Positions 9,448-19,205 of a stretch of 64,000 bases of DNA are shown one piece after another (position 1 is the stretch's first letter; every line of letters starts with the position of its first letter). This DNA comes from an uncultured bacterium (GTDB lineage: Bacteria > Chloroflexota > UBA5177 > JANWHV01): the NCBI GenBank assembly GCA_963729625.1, contig CAVSOU010000008.1:352001-416000 (forward strand), in the 5' to 3' direction. The position numbers and the translations under genes were made by a program. The notes under the pieces were generated by a model. It was not told the DNA's origin and searched no databases. It saw nothing but the letters and a program-made list of their open reading frames with translations.

Positions 9448-10650
9448 ATGATCGGTCTCCGCGACGGCCGGGATGTTGAGCTCCACGACGATGCTCGTGA
9501 GGTACGGCTCCTCGAATCACTGCACTCAATGAGGTCAGCCGAAGGCCTAACCCACAACTTCTACCGTTATCCAGCCAGTATGTCCCCATATCTAGCTCGC
9601 GAGGCAATCGAGCAGTTCACTAAGCTTGGCGACGTGATACTCGATCCCTTCGTAGGCGGCGGTACGACCGTTGTAGAGGCGCTGGCCGCTGGCCGCCGAG
9701 CTGTGGGGATCGATCTGAATCCAATTGCGACGTTCGTGACCTCAGTCAAGACGACACCTTTGAGCGATCGTGACGCGCGCACTATTCGGGATTGGGTTCA
9801 CTGTCTTGACCTGGAGACCGGTGTCTTCAACCACGACGTTGACGCCGAGCTGCGCACGAAGAACATGCCGATCTCGACATCCCGGATATTCGAACGTGCT
9901 CTTGAAGCAGTGGGTAGGCTACCGTTCCGACGGCAGCAGCTCTTCGTCCGCTGTGCCCTTCTGCGTCTCGGGCAGTGGGCCATTGACTGCAAAAGCACGT
10001 TTCCGGATCAGCGAATGATGAAGGACAGGCTGTGCGCCTTCGTCGATGAGATGATCTGCAGCCTTGACGAGTTGGTTACAGTGGCCCGAGCCAAGGGCAC
10101 TTCCAAGAGCAAGCTGAGCAGTAAACGTCAGCTGTTACAGCGATCGGCGGCGGGAATTGACGAAGACGACCGCTTGCGCAACTTACTCGGTGAGGCCCGG
10201 CTTGTGCTGACGTCTCCGCCTTATCCCGGGGTGCACGTGCTCTATCATCGCTGGCAAGTGAACGGTCGACGGGAAACTCCCGCGCCGTACTGGTTGATTG
10301 ACGAACAGGACGGCCACGGCGCCGCATACTATACCCTTGGAAGTAGGACACCATGCGGACTCAACAACTACTTCGAGACAATCACCAAGATTTTCCAGTC
10401 GGTGCGCGCCCTTATGCATCCTTCAGCCTTGGTCGTCCAGTTGGTGTCCTTTTCCGACGTGGCGAGCCAGCTGCCAGCCTTGTTGCAGGCAATGGAAACT
10501 GCGGGCTACGAGGAAGACGCACGAGTGACTGTTGATCGTTCATCGCTGTGGCGCGTGGTCCCGAACCGCCGTCGATGGTACAACCATATCGACCTCTGCC
10601 AGGAGGCGACGCGTGAGCTGCTGCTCTTCCACCGCCCATGCGGGGAGTGA
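9448..10650 (+). CDS. Amino-DNA methyltransferase, alpha motif order, probably N4-cytosine
   Basis: THNFYRYPASMSP, DPFVGGGTT (motif I), TSPPY (motif IV); start uncertain (9361-9448). Confidence 0.88.
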   Translation: MIGLRDGRDVELHDDAREVRLLESLHSMRSAEGLTHNFYRYPASMSPYLAREAIEQFTKLGDVILDPFVGGGTTVVEALAAGRRAVGIDLNPIATFVTSVKTTPLSDRDARTIRDWVHCLDLETGVFNHDVDAELRTKNMPISTSRIFERALEAVGRLPFRRQQLFVRCALLRLGQWAIDCKSTFPDQRMMKDRLCAFVDEMICSLDELVTVARAKGTSKSKLSSKRQLLQRSAAGIDEDDRLRNLLGEARLVLTSPPYPGVHVLYHRWQVNGRRETPAPYWLIDEQDGHGAAYYTLGSRTPCGLNNYFETITKIFQSVRALMHPSALVVQLVSFSDVASQLPALLQAMETAGYEEDARVTVDRSSLWRVVPNRRRWYNHIDLCQEATRELLLFHRPCGE

Positions 10651-10681
10651 CGTTGTAGCCCTACTCCCGAAATCCACGTGT

Positions 10682-13075
10682 TTAGACTGCTACCAGGCTC
10701 CGACCAAGAGTCCGAATAATGGGCACGATCACTTGAGCCAGGCCACTACAATGCTGGCTGATTGCATCCAGGTCTTCACTGTCGTCGTCCTCGTGAGCGC
10801 TATCGCTTGCTCCTCCGGCTGTGACGCGAGCCGCCGCGATGCGCAGGTTATGCTTGATCATGCCAACAGCGGCCAGCACAAGACCGTACGTATACCAGTG
10901 CTTGACCAGTGGCTTGTCTTCAGGCTTTGACTTTGCAAGCTCCGTGAGCAGGAACGTGTTGTCAACGTTGATCAGGTAGTCGTACCCACCTTCGCCGTCG
11001 TGCCGGACGCGTGGGGCATCATACAGATCGAATGCAGGGTTCTCTCTCTCCCAGTCCTCTTTGCGTATCTCCCTGATCTTCGGCAGTGCAAGGCCAGGTG
11101 TCCTTAACTGCCCAACTTTGCTGGCCGACTTACCCGAATTGCCGTGCGGCTCGCCTGGTCGGCCGGATTCATGCGCCGCGTCAGGTACTTCTGGCTCTGC
11201 CTTGAGCGTGAACGATGAGGCGAACGGCATGCCTCGGGTCCCGCGGTCAGGGTCGTCCACTGTGACCCTTACCACAATGAGGTCACCAACACTCGCGTCC
11301 CAAGGTACTCTGAAGCGTGTGTCGAACTTGCCGTTCCACAGACGCGAGTGCTCGCAGAGATTTGGTGGATCGAAGGAAATAGCGCCTGGCTGGTTGTGGC
11401 GCGAGAAGTAGTCGTTGACCGCGTCGGTCTCGAACTCGACATGGCAGGTCCTGTTCAGAGGGCAGCCCTTGACCAAGCCGGTCTTTGGCTCGTGAGCCAG
11501 CCGGAAATACGTGGGGAATCGGCGGCCCACGAACGGTGGCGCATCGCCTGGGCCAGTTGACGTGACCAGGCGCGCGCCGGCTGCAAACAAGTTCGATAGG
11601 GTAGGATCCGCGTCCAGCAGAGCCTGGAAGGCGCTCAGGGGGGCATCGGCATCAAGGTGCTTCTCCATCTCTTTCTTGCGCCGAACCTGGTTGATGCGCT
11701 GCAGGCCGGGGTGCTCCTTCAGCGCGGTCGTCAGCGCCTCCTCAATTTTGAAGTACACCTCATTGCGCCGAACGCGGTCACGCGAGGCCATAAAGAAGTC
11801 TTCCCGGACGCGGGCGTCCATGGCTGTGCAGTCGACCGTGACCAGTAGAGGTCGGCGACGATCATCCAGGTAGTCGAACTTTAGCTTGCGCTTGACGAAA
11901 TCGGGCGGAAGCGATCCATGTACCTGGCCGTTGACCATGAACGAGACACCGTGTGGCACATGCCGGTCGATGGTTCCTTCCTTGTAGACGGCGATCTGGT
12001 ATGGAAGGGTCCCGATCGTTTGCAGTGAGAGCGCGGACGAAGCAGGGAAGCCGTCCTCCAGCTTTGCGCTATCGCCGTCGTCATTCTCGGCAACGGCACT
12101 AACCCACCCGCCGATCACCGAGGCACTATAGTAGTTCGCCGCGTAGTCGCGCGTCTCCACGACTCTAAACGGGAGACAGGGAAGGTACAGCAATCGCTCA
12201 AGCTCATAGCGACCCTCGGCGGTTATGATACTCTTGGCTCTCCAGCGATAGTCATAGAGCTTTACGCACGTGCCATACGCAAGGTCGACCGCGTAGGCGG
12301 GGGCCGGGTAATTCTTTCGGGACTTGCCCGGAAGCACTCTTACACCGTCTGCCTTGAACGACGGCACCTTGCCGTTTGGCGCCAGATACACATAGACTGA
12401 GCTTCTGCGTCCGCCAGATGGCAGCATGCGCCGGACAAGCGTGAAGCCCCAGTCCTCAGCTGTGTCGTCGTCTGGGGCGACAGGGCCGTAGGGTTGCCGA
12501 CGCGATGCAATCAGCTGGTAGTTCTCCTGACCACAGAACTGCAAGATACCTGTGCCACCAGAGTTGAATTTCCCTTGTACGAAAGGAATACGCATCTTGT
12601 TGGAGCGTTGTAGCGAAACCAGTGTGTCTGGGAACCTGGCTGGCGTCTGGCCCTCGCCCCGATCGATGATGAGATAGCCCGGGTTCTGCTTGCTACCAAC
12701 AGCGACGACATTGATGTTCTCGGCGAGTGCACTCTGTTCCCTGCCGCTGAGGTTGCTGAGCCGACCTTCACGTACAGCGAAAAAGCGCTCGACAGCTTCG
12801 GTCATCGTCTGGGGAGCGTCGGGGCCTTCAGGATCAATGCCCAGCTCAAAGCACTTCGCCATGAGCATAGCGTCTATGCTATTGATGATCTTCTCCACCA
12901 GAGCAGCTGACGCATCGCTCTGCTGGTTGCCGATCGTAGAGAAGTTGTTCTCAAAGCCCAGGGGCTGCCACACGGACTCGTCGTCAACCAAGTATCCCGC
13001 GTTGCTGAGTATGGCAGTCACGGCGTCTTCGGTCTCTGCTTGGAGTAAGTGGCTGAACAGGGTCAAGGTGTCCAT
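10682..13075 (-). CDS. Large GHKL (MORC/MutL-like) ATPase-domain protein
   Basis: EKIINSIDA (N box), IDRGEG (G1), QGKFNSGG (G2), YGTCVKL; RBS AAAGGAG before ATG 13075. Confidence 0.75.
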   Translation of the reverse strand: MDTLTLFSHLLQAETEDAVTAILSNAGYLVDDESVWQPLGFENNFSTIGNQQSDASAALVEKIINSIDAMLMAKCFELGIDPEGPDAPQTMTEAVERFFAVREGRLSNLSGREQSALAENINVVAVGSKQNPGYLIIDRGEGQTPARFPDTLVSLQRSNKMRIPFVQGKFNSGGTGILQFCGQENYQLIASRRQPYGPVAPDDDTAEDWGFTLVRRMLPSGGRRSSVYVYLAPNGKVPSFKADGVRVLPGKSRKNYPAPAYAVDLAYGTCVKLYDYRWRAKSIITAEGRYELERLLYLPCLPFRVVETRDYAANYYSASVIGGWVSAVAENDDGDSAKLEDGFPASSALSLQTIGTLPYQIAVYKEGTIDRHVPHGVSFMVNGQVHGSLPPDFVKRKLKFDYLDDRRRPLLVTVDCTAMDARVREDFFMASRDRVRRNEVYFKIEEALTTALKEHPGLQRINQVRRKKEMEKHLDADAPLSAFQALLDADPTLSNLFAAGARLVTSTGPGDAPPFVGRRFPTYFRLAHEPKTGLVKGCPLNRTCHVEFETDAVNDYFSRHNQPGAISFDPPNLCEHSRLWNGKFDTRFRVPWDASVGDLIVVRVTVDDPDRGTRGMPFASSFTLKAEPEVPDAAHESGRPGEPHGNSGKSASKVGQLRTPGLALPKIREIRKEDWERENPAFDLYDAPRVRHDGEGGYDYLINVDNTFLLTELAKSKPEDKPLVKHWYTYGLVLAAVGMIKHNLRIAAARVTAGGASDSAHEDDDSEDLDAISQHCSGLAQVIVPIIRTLGRSLVAV

Positions 13076-13103
13076 CAAGTTCTGACGCTCCTTTCTAGGG
13101 CCG

Positions 13104-14273
13104 TCAGGCGACCGGGTCCGACACGAGTTCAAGGGATAGCTGTGCGGTTGAGGCCCGACTGGAGGAGCCTCCCTTCCAACCGGCGGAGCGCAGGTTGGTG
13201 AGTATCTGCTTCTCCTGAGCACCCAGGGGAAGCTCCAGGTGATCCTTCAGCACAGCCTGAGTGGCAGTACGGGCCTGGCGATTAGACACGACGGACCCGG
13301 CGACAATGCAGACATTGTCCCAGAGGGGGTTGACCTCCCTCCCAACAGCCTTTCGCCAGTCGACCAGCTTGAGCTCTGCAAGGCGTTGACGCCAATCCTT
13401 GGGATGGTATTCAAGGAGCGCATTTCCAACGGCGCCGAGGGCGCGCAGCACGACGCTATGCGTGTTGATCTGCTCCTGGCGCAGGAGTTGCGCCGGCATC
13501 TTGTCGTCCTTGACCCGCTGCCAGTCAGGGATTGCAGAGGCGACTTCGGCCCAATACTCGACGGCAAGCGCCAGCTTCTCCTTGTAACCCTTCGTCCCCT
13601 TAGCATCGATTTTGGACCCGAGCAGCTCGCCGGTGGCGTCGTACAAGGACGACAGAGTCAGCAGTTTGGGAGAGCGCAGCGGAATCGACATGCGCTCTTT
13701 GTCGATCATGCCCTTGAACACTGGGACCTCTTCAGTCATCTCCATGGTAAGGGTGGACAGATTGTCGCGGTGGTCGTACAGAATGTCGAGCGACTTAGAC
13801 GTCTTGTGCGCAAAGCGGTTGAGGTCGGAGAACATCTGCTGGAGTCTATCCAGGTCCTCCATCGGAAACAGTAGGACGCTGATGCGGTCCTTCCCGATTG
13901 CGGGACTGTCCTTGAGCGCCAGTGCGATTGCGGCAGCTCGGTGCTGTCCGTCGTTGAGTATGAACTGCATGTTCTCTAGGTCCATCTCGATGGTGCCGAC
14001 ATTCTCGTCACCGTCAGATTGGACGAAGTTCACTGGGCAGTCATAGGAAGCTGTGATCGATGAGAAGATGTAGCCATCCTCATTATCGATCATGTACTTT
14101 GCGATCTCCGGCACGCGCGACGCGTTTAGGACGCGCTGGGCACGCAAGGAGGGCTCCAGCTGCTCCCAGTCATTGAACTTGAAGAAGCGCGGCACCTCGC
14201 TGAGGGCCATCGTGGTTGCATAATAGGATCTCTTGCCGAGTGTGGCGCGCAATGCGGGGAATCTCACTTTCAT
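13104..14273 (-). CDS. dndB: DndB-family DGQHR-domain protein
   Basis: RAQRVLNASRVPEIAKY..YIFSSITAS..ILNDGQHR..QQMFSDLNR; RBS AAGGAGG. Confidence 0.88.
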   Translation of the reverse strand: MKVRFPALRATLGKRSYYATTMALSEVPRFFKFNDWEQLEPSLRAQRVLNASRVPEIAKYMIDNEDGYIFSSITASYDCPVNFVQSDGDENVGTIEMDLENMQFILNDGQHRAAAIALALKDSPAIGKDRISVLLFPMEDLDRLQQMFSDLNRFAHKTSKSLDILYDHRDNLSTLTMEMTEEVPVFKGMIDKERMSIPLRSPKLLTLSSLYDATGELLGSKIDAKGTKGYKEKLALAVEYWAEVASAIPDWQRVKDDKMPAQLLRQEQINTHSVVLRALGAVGNALLEYHPKDWRQRLAELKLVDWRKAVGREVNPLWDNVCIVAGSVVSNRQARTATQAVLKDHLELPLGAQEKQILTNLRSAGWKGGSSSRASTAQLSLELVSDPVA

Positions 14274-14286
14274 GGTCTGCCTCCTT

Positions 14287-14418
14287 AGCTCAGATTACTG
14301 CAGCTCCTATACACCAAGGCTTGAGCTGGCCTGAAACAAGATTATCAGCTCTTGTGATGAGTGTCAAGAGCTCTTAAAGTATTTCGGTAGAGCTCCTATT
14401 ACTTGCGTCTAGCAGCTC
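14287..14418. repeat. Phased array of seven AGCT sites (six at a 22-23 bp period)
   Basis: AGCT starts at 14287, 14302, 14324, 14347, 14369, 14391, 14414; every site reads AGCTC on at least one strand. Confidence 0.85.
14339..14367 (-). promoter_or_regulatory. Sigma70-type promoter of dndB
   Basis: TTGACA (14367-14362), 17 bp spacer, TGn-TAATCT (14344-14339). Confidence 0.8.
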
Positions 14419-14778
14419 CTACTTACGAGGTTGCCACCGCCGTCCACAGGAGCCGGTTTCGCAATCCTTCCCCCGATCCCACCGCTGCGCTATCGGGATC
14501 CGGCGGCGCTGTGATCGCCACCCGAGCAGGGAGTCTCTAGTCGTCTGGCTTTGCGGTGTATTTCGGCAATCGCGACAAGATCTTGGTGGATCAGCGATGC
14601 ACCGGGTTGTCGAAAGCCGTCGCTTGCCTGCCCCGAGTGTCATTCATCGCCCGTGAGTGCTGCCGCCCATCTTCGCCAGGCGTGTACCAGCTCAGCGGGT
14701 CAGCACAACAACAACTGGATCGAGCTGCGCAAGTGGGCCTTGTTACCGGCTACACTCGTGGAGAAAGGCGCTTTCGGA

Positions 14779-15156
14779 TTATTCGCGGCCAATATCCATG
14801 TCATAGGCAGCACGTGCCGTATAATGGGCGAACTGTGTGAGTATTGCCGTGGCACGTGGCTGACATAGGCGGTCGAACCGCTCACAACTGTAGGTCAGCG
14901 TACTCGCCTTTTCATCGCGGGTGATGGTACTGCTGAACACGGCTGAGCGCGACCATTTCGGGATTGCGAGCTGCGCATATTCGGGAGAGACCTTCTCACT
15001 CAGGACGCTGTAGTCTCCAATTACCTTTGATGCGGCTGCTTGCAGCTGAGAATAGTGCGCGAGCCATGAGGGAATAATCCCTACCGGCTCTGGCTCTGGC
15101 ACTGTGATTCGTGCCTTACCGTTGTCACGACGCACTATCTCGCGGCGCGCCACCAC
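14779..15156 (-). CDS. Hypothetical protein or fragment
   Basis: 125-aa ORF in AT-richer sequence; no recognised motif. Confidence 0.25.
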   Translation of the reverse strand: MVARREIVRRDNGKARITVPEPEPVGIIPSWLAHYSQLQAAASKVIGDYSVLSEKVSPEYAQLAIPKWSRSAVFSSTITRDEKASTLTYSCERFDRLCQPRATAILTQFAHYTARAAYDMDIGRE

Positions 15157-15241
15157 CGCCTTCCCGACCAGGCGCAGCTTCTGATCCCGCAGGCAGGCAC
15201 GCGGCCCGATTTCGTCCTAGACGGCGCCCGACCGGCAAGCA

Positions 15242-16124
<883 letters not shown>

Positions 16125-16150
16125 TTGCCACAACGCCAACGGCCACCATA

Positions 16151-16597
16151 CTACGGCTTCAGCAGGTCACTCAGCACGACTACATCCAGACCCTGCAAGC
16201 GATTGAACACCGGATCGTTGGTGATAAGGTGGGTGCAACCGGCAACCAGCGCACTGGCGGCGTGGATGGCGTCCGGTGTGCGTAGCCCCAGATCCGCTCG
16301 GATCTGGGCAGCTCGCTCCAGAACCTCCAGGGAAACATCGACAAGCCGCAGATCGGGCGACTCTTTGAGCAGGCGGCGATATGTGTCCGCAATGAGCGCG
16401 TTGCCCGACTTGAGCGGCGCCACCAGCGTCTCGGTAAGCGTCAGGCCGCTGGTGTGGAGGCTGCACTCGCCCGCACCTGCGCTCCGCCACAGAGGGTAAA
16501 GCAGTGCCGCGTACGGTGCCACGTGTTCCACGCTGTAGATGACACAGTTCGTGTCCAGATAGATGAGGCTGCCGGTTGGCAGCGTCAGCCGTCCCAC
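16151..16597 (-). CDS. vapC: PIN-domain VapC toxin
   Basis: IYLDTNCVIY, TLTETL, LRTPDAIHAASA, LITND. Confidence 0.9.
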   Translation of the reverse strand: MGRLTLPTGSLIYLDTNCVIYSVEHVAPYAALLYPLWRSAGAGECSLHTSGLTLTETLVAPLKSGNALIADTYRRLLKESPDLRLVDVSLEVLERAAQIRADLGLRTPDAIHAASALVAGCTHLITNDPVFNRLQGLDVVVLSDLLKP

Positions 16598-16818
16598 GTA
16601 TCGCGCTCGGCACTTATGTAGGCATCCACCTCGTCGGCAGTCGTGAACAGCTGCTGCCCGGCACTCTCCTCGAGCAGCTCGATTGCGTGCCTGGCAGGCG
16701 TGGCCGATTCCAGCTCAATGGTGACACGGACGCGCTGACCAGGCGCCAGTTCCGGGACACACACGGCGAGCGTGCCGTCAACGGCGACCACGGCGCTGCG
16801 ATGCAGGGACGAGACCAT
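16585..16818 (-). CDS. VapB-type antitoxin
   Basis: 77 aa, overlaps vapC; ends DEVDAYISAERDTWD; RBS GGAGG. Confidence 0.75.
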   Translation of the reverse strand: MVSSLHRSAVVAVDGTLAVCVPELAPGQRVRVTIELESATPARHAIELLEESAGQQLFTTADEVDAYISAERDTWDG

Positions 16819-16911
16819 TGTATGCCTCCAGATTGCCGTCGATTTGACTTGTATGGTACCAGATGCACATTGGTGCCGGGCGGCACCGCTCGTTAGGTTA
16901 TCGTGCAGCGC

Positions 16912-17172
16912 TCACTCACCATAACATCTTCGAACGCCCTGGCGCCTGAACCATACTTCCAGAAATGGTTGCGCGCGCTCGCAGACCCTTGGTTGCGGAA
17001 TGCCCAGGGCGGCCGCGGCCTGGACTCGGGTCCAGCCTCGCTCTACGATGGCGTCGTGAATCTGGAGTCCCAGGGCAGCCTTAGCCGGCAACTCCTCTGG
17101 TTCCAGCAGGCCAAGATCGGCGAAGATAACGCCGCTGCCATGCACCACCTCGATGTCTTCATCCGTGTTCAT
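16912..17172 (-). pseudogene. HigA-like XRE antitoxin, 3'-disrupted
   Basis: GSGVIFADLGL..RGWTRVQAAAALGIPQPRV, then similarity is lost. Confidence 0.7.
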
Positions 17173-17335
17173 GCTCCTCGCCATCCTTGAGGTGCTTGGC
17201 GTCAAGCTGTCGCGCCCAGGCTAAACGGGCGCGGATCAGCTCTTGGTCTACCCGCGCTATCTCCATCCCGTGGGGTGATTTCTTCTGGAACGCATGCAGC
17301 ACGTAGATGGCGCTCCGCAGCACCACAGTGACAAC
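17159..17335 (-). pseudogene. HigB/RelE (gp49-like) toxin C-terminal fragment
   Basis: AIYVLHAFQKKSPHG..IRARL; the 5' part is replaced by the GNAT gene. Confidence 0.75.
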
Positions 17336-17337
17336 GC

Positions 17338-17865
17338 TCACCATCTGCCGGCTGCTCGCAGCGTCGCCTCGATCGTCCGCAGCGGCAGTATGGGCGACAG
17401 CGGCGCATCCAACAGTGGGACCGCGCCATAGCTGCCGTACCATGTCGCTACCCGCGCATTCTTCGCATCGATGAGCAGCGCGACACCGCCTACTTCCGTC
17501 GCGGCCAACAGGCAGCGTCTGCCTGCCGCGAGCAGCAATTGCCCACCCAAGCCCCGCCCCTGCAGCCGGCGGTCGACGGCAAGACGAGCCAGGCGGAAGC
17601 ACGGTACGTCATACCGTGCGAGCCCCCTTCGTACAATCTCCGGCGTCCGCGCATAGTCGACGGATGCAGGGCTCACACTGTAGAAGCCGAAAACGATGTT
17701 GTCGTCCATGTCGTCGACCGCGACGAAGGTCTTGGCGCCGCCCAGCTCATGGCTCCGACGCGCGTGGTGGCGCAGGAATTCATTCAACGCGTCTTCGCCG
17801 CAGTCGAATGCCTCCCTGTTGTGTCGCTTGCCGATCGGCTCTTCATGCCAGGCCGTGAGGCTCAT
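17338..17865 (-). CDS. GNAT acetyltransferase toxin (TacT/AtaT family)
   Basis: [34 protein letters not shown]. Confidence 0.92.
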   Translation of the reverse strand: MSLTAWHEEPIGKRHNREAFDCGEDALNEFLRHHARRSHELGGAKTFVAVDDMDDNIVFGFYSVSPASVDYARTPEIVRRGLARYDVPCFRLARLAVDRRLQGRGLGGQLLLAAGRRCLLAATEVGGVALLIDAKNARVATWYGSYGAVPLLDAPLSPILPLRTIEATLRAAGRW

Positions 17866-18140
17866 GCCTGGCGCGGGAGCGCCCGAGCAGCGGCGAGAAG
17901 CCGTGCGTTTGGCGGAGGCGGATTTTCCAGCAGGTCCAGCACCCGTAGACTGTCCCGCTCGCTGAGGCGCAGGTGCTCTGCTTCTTCGATGATGTCCGTG
18001 GCAGCACGTAAGGCATGCCGCACGACAAAATCCGTCAGGTCGGTGTGCTGCAGTGCCACCGCGCGCAGCAGGATGGCCTTTTCCTCAGGCCGAATGCGGA
18101 GCGATATCCGGTTGTTGTCTTCTACCGCTAATCGGGGCAT
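17862..18140 (-). CDS. DUF1778 RHH antitoxin (TacA/AtaR family)
   Basis: RISLRIRPEEKAILLRAV..LTDFV..LENPPPPNARL. Confidence 0.92.
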   Translation of the reverse strand: MPRLAVEDNNRISLRIRPEEKAILLRAVALQHTDLTDFVVRHALRAATDIIEEAEHLRLSERDSLRVLDLLENPPPPNARLLAAARALPRQA

Positions 18141-18158
18141 GAACCTGATCCCTCCTCG

Positions 18159-18200
18159 TGTACGTATTCAAATAGTACAGCGGAACGGAGAAAAGGTCAA
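18159..18200 (-). promoter_or_regulatory. Promoter/operator of the DUF1778-GNAT operon
   Basis: TTGACC-17-TACTAT with overlapping TGTAC-N11-GTACA inverted repeat. Confidence 0.65.
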
Positions 18201-18376
18201 CGCAGTGACGACGTCCGCGCCCAGGCTATTCGAGCGCGGATCGGCTCCTGGTCTACCCGCGCTGTCTCCATGAAAGACAGCTGCTTCCGATCCGGCAATC
18301 CCTGCCGATGCAGGCGCAGCGGCCTTCGCCGTGCAGGGGCATTGTCAATCCGATTGGATTGTGCTACAAGTGACAC

Positions 18377-18652
18377 ATGACATCAGTTGGAATTCGCGAG
18401 CTGCGACAACGCGCCAGCGAACTGCTCAGACTGGTCGCGCAAGGCGAGATCGTCGAGGTCACCGATCGCGGTCGGCCGGTAGCGCACCTCGTCCCGGTGC
18501 CGGCAGGAACCGCCCTTGAGCAGATGCGTGCGGCCGGTGAGATTGACCCGGCCTCGGCCGACCTTGACGATCTCCCTGAGCCTCTGGTGTTGCCCGACGA
18601 TGCGGAGACGCCATCGGCTGCTCTGGTCCGGCTACGCCGTGAGGAACGCTAA
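18377..18652 (+). CDS. Phd/YefM family antitoxin
   Basis: MTSVGIRELRQRASELLRLV..VTDRGRPVA. Confidence 0.92.
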   Translation: MTSVGIRELRQRASELLRLVAQGEIVEVTDRGRPVAHLVPVPAGTALEQMRAAGEIDPASADLDDLPEPLVLPDDAETPSAALVRLRREER

Positions 18653-18655
18653 GCG

Positions 18656-19048
18656 ATGGCGGCCACCTATCTGGACTCATCGGCCATCGTCAAGCTGGCC
18701 GTCCGCGAGCCAGAGTCTGATGCCTTGCGGCGCTATTTGCGTCGCCGGCGCCCGCTGCTCTCAAGCGCGCTGGCGCGCACTGAGGTGCTTCGGGCCCTGC
18801 TGCCAGGCGGAGAGTCGGCCGTGGCCGCCGGTCGGCGTGTTCTCGAGCGGGTTGATCTGGTACGAGTGAACGACCGAATACTGAATCTGGCCGGCTCACT
18901 GCTGCCGCTTGAGCTGCGATCCCTGGATGCCATCCATCTGGCCACCGCTACACGTCTTGGAGCCGAGCTGAGCGAGATCGTTACCTACGACGAACGGATG
19001 ATGGCAGCCGCTCGCTCCATGGGCCTCAAGACTGCCACGCCGAACTGA
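18656..19048 (+). CDS. vapC: PIN-domain VapC toxin
   Basis: YLDSSAIVKL, LARTEV, LRSLDAIHLA, VTYD. Confidence 0.92.
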   Translation: MAATYLDSSAIVKLAVREPESDALRRYLRRRRPLLSSALARTEVLRALLPGGESAVAAGRRVLERVDLVRVNDRILNLAGSLLPLELRSLDAIHLATATRLGAELSEIVTYDERMMAAARSMGLKTATPN

Positions 19049-19205
19049 TCCGCCCTGTCCCACACACGGCGCTCCAGCACACGCCAACTGGGCAGGATAC
19101 ACGTCTGTGCCACGAATGTCAGGGTCCGAGTGAGGGAAAATGCCTGTGTGGTAGTCGCGCGCGGCTTGCGCGAAGCGAGATGTGCCCTGGTACACTAACC
19201 GCACC

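Noticed and set aside
13104-14273. Complete Dnd phosphorothioation system
   Set aside because: No dndA/C/D/E or dndFGH-like genes are recognisable in the window
14287-14418. CRISPR or mini-array interpretation of the periodic AGCT sites
   Set aside because: The conserved core is only 5-8 bp with a 22-23 bp period; there are no long identical repeats and no cas genes
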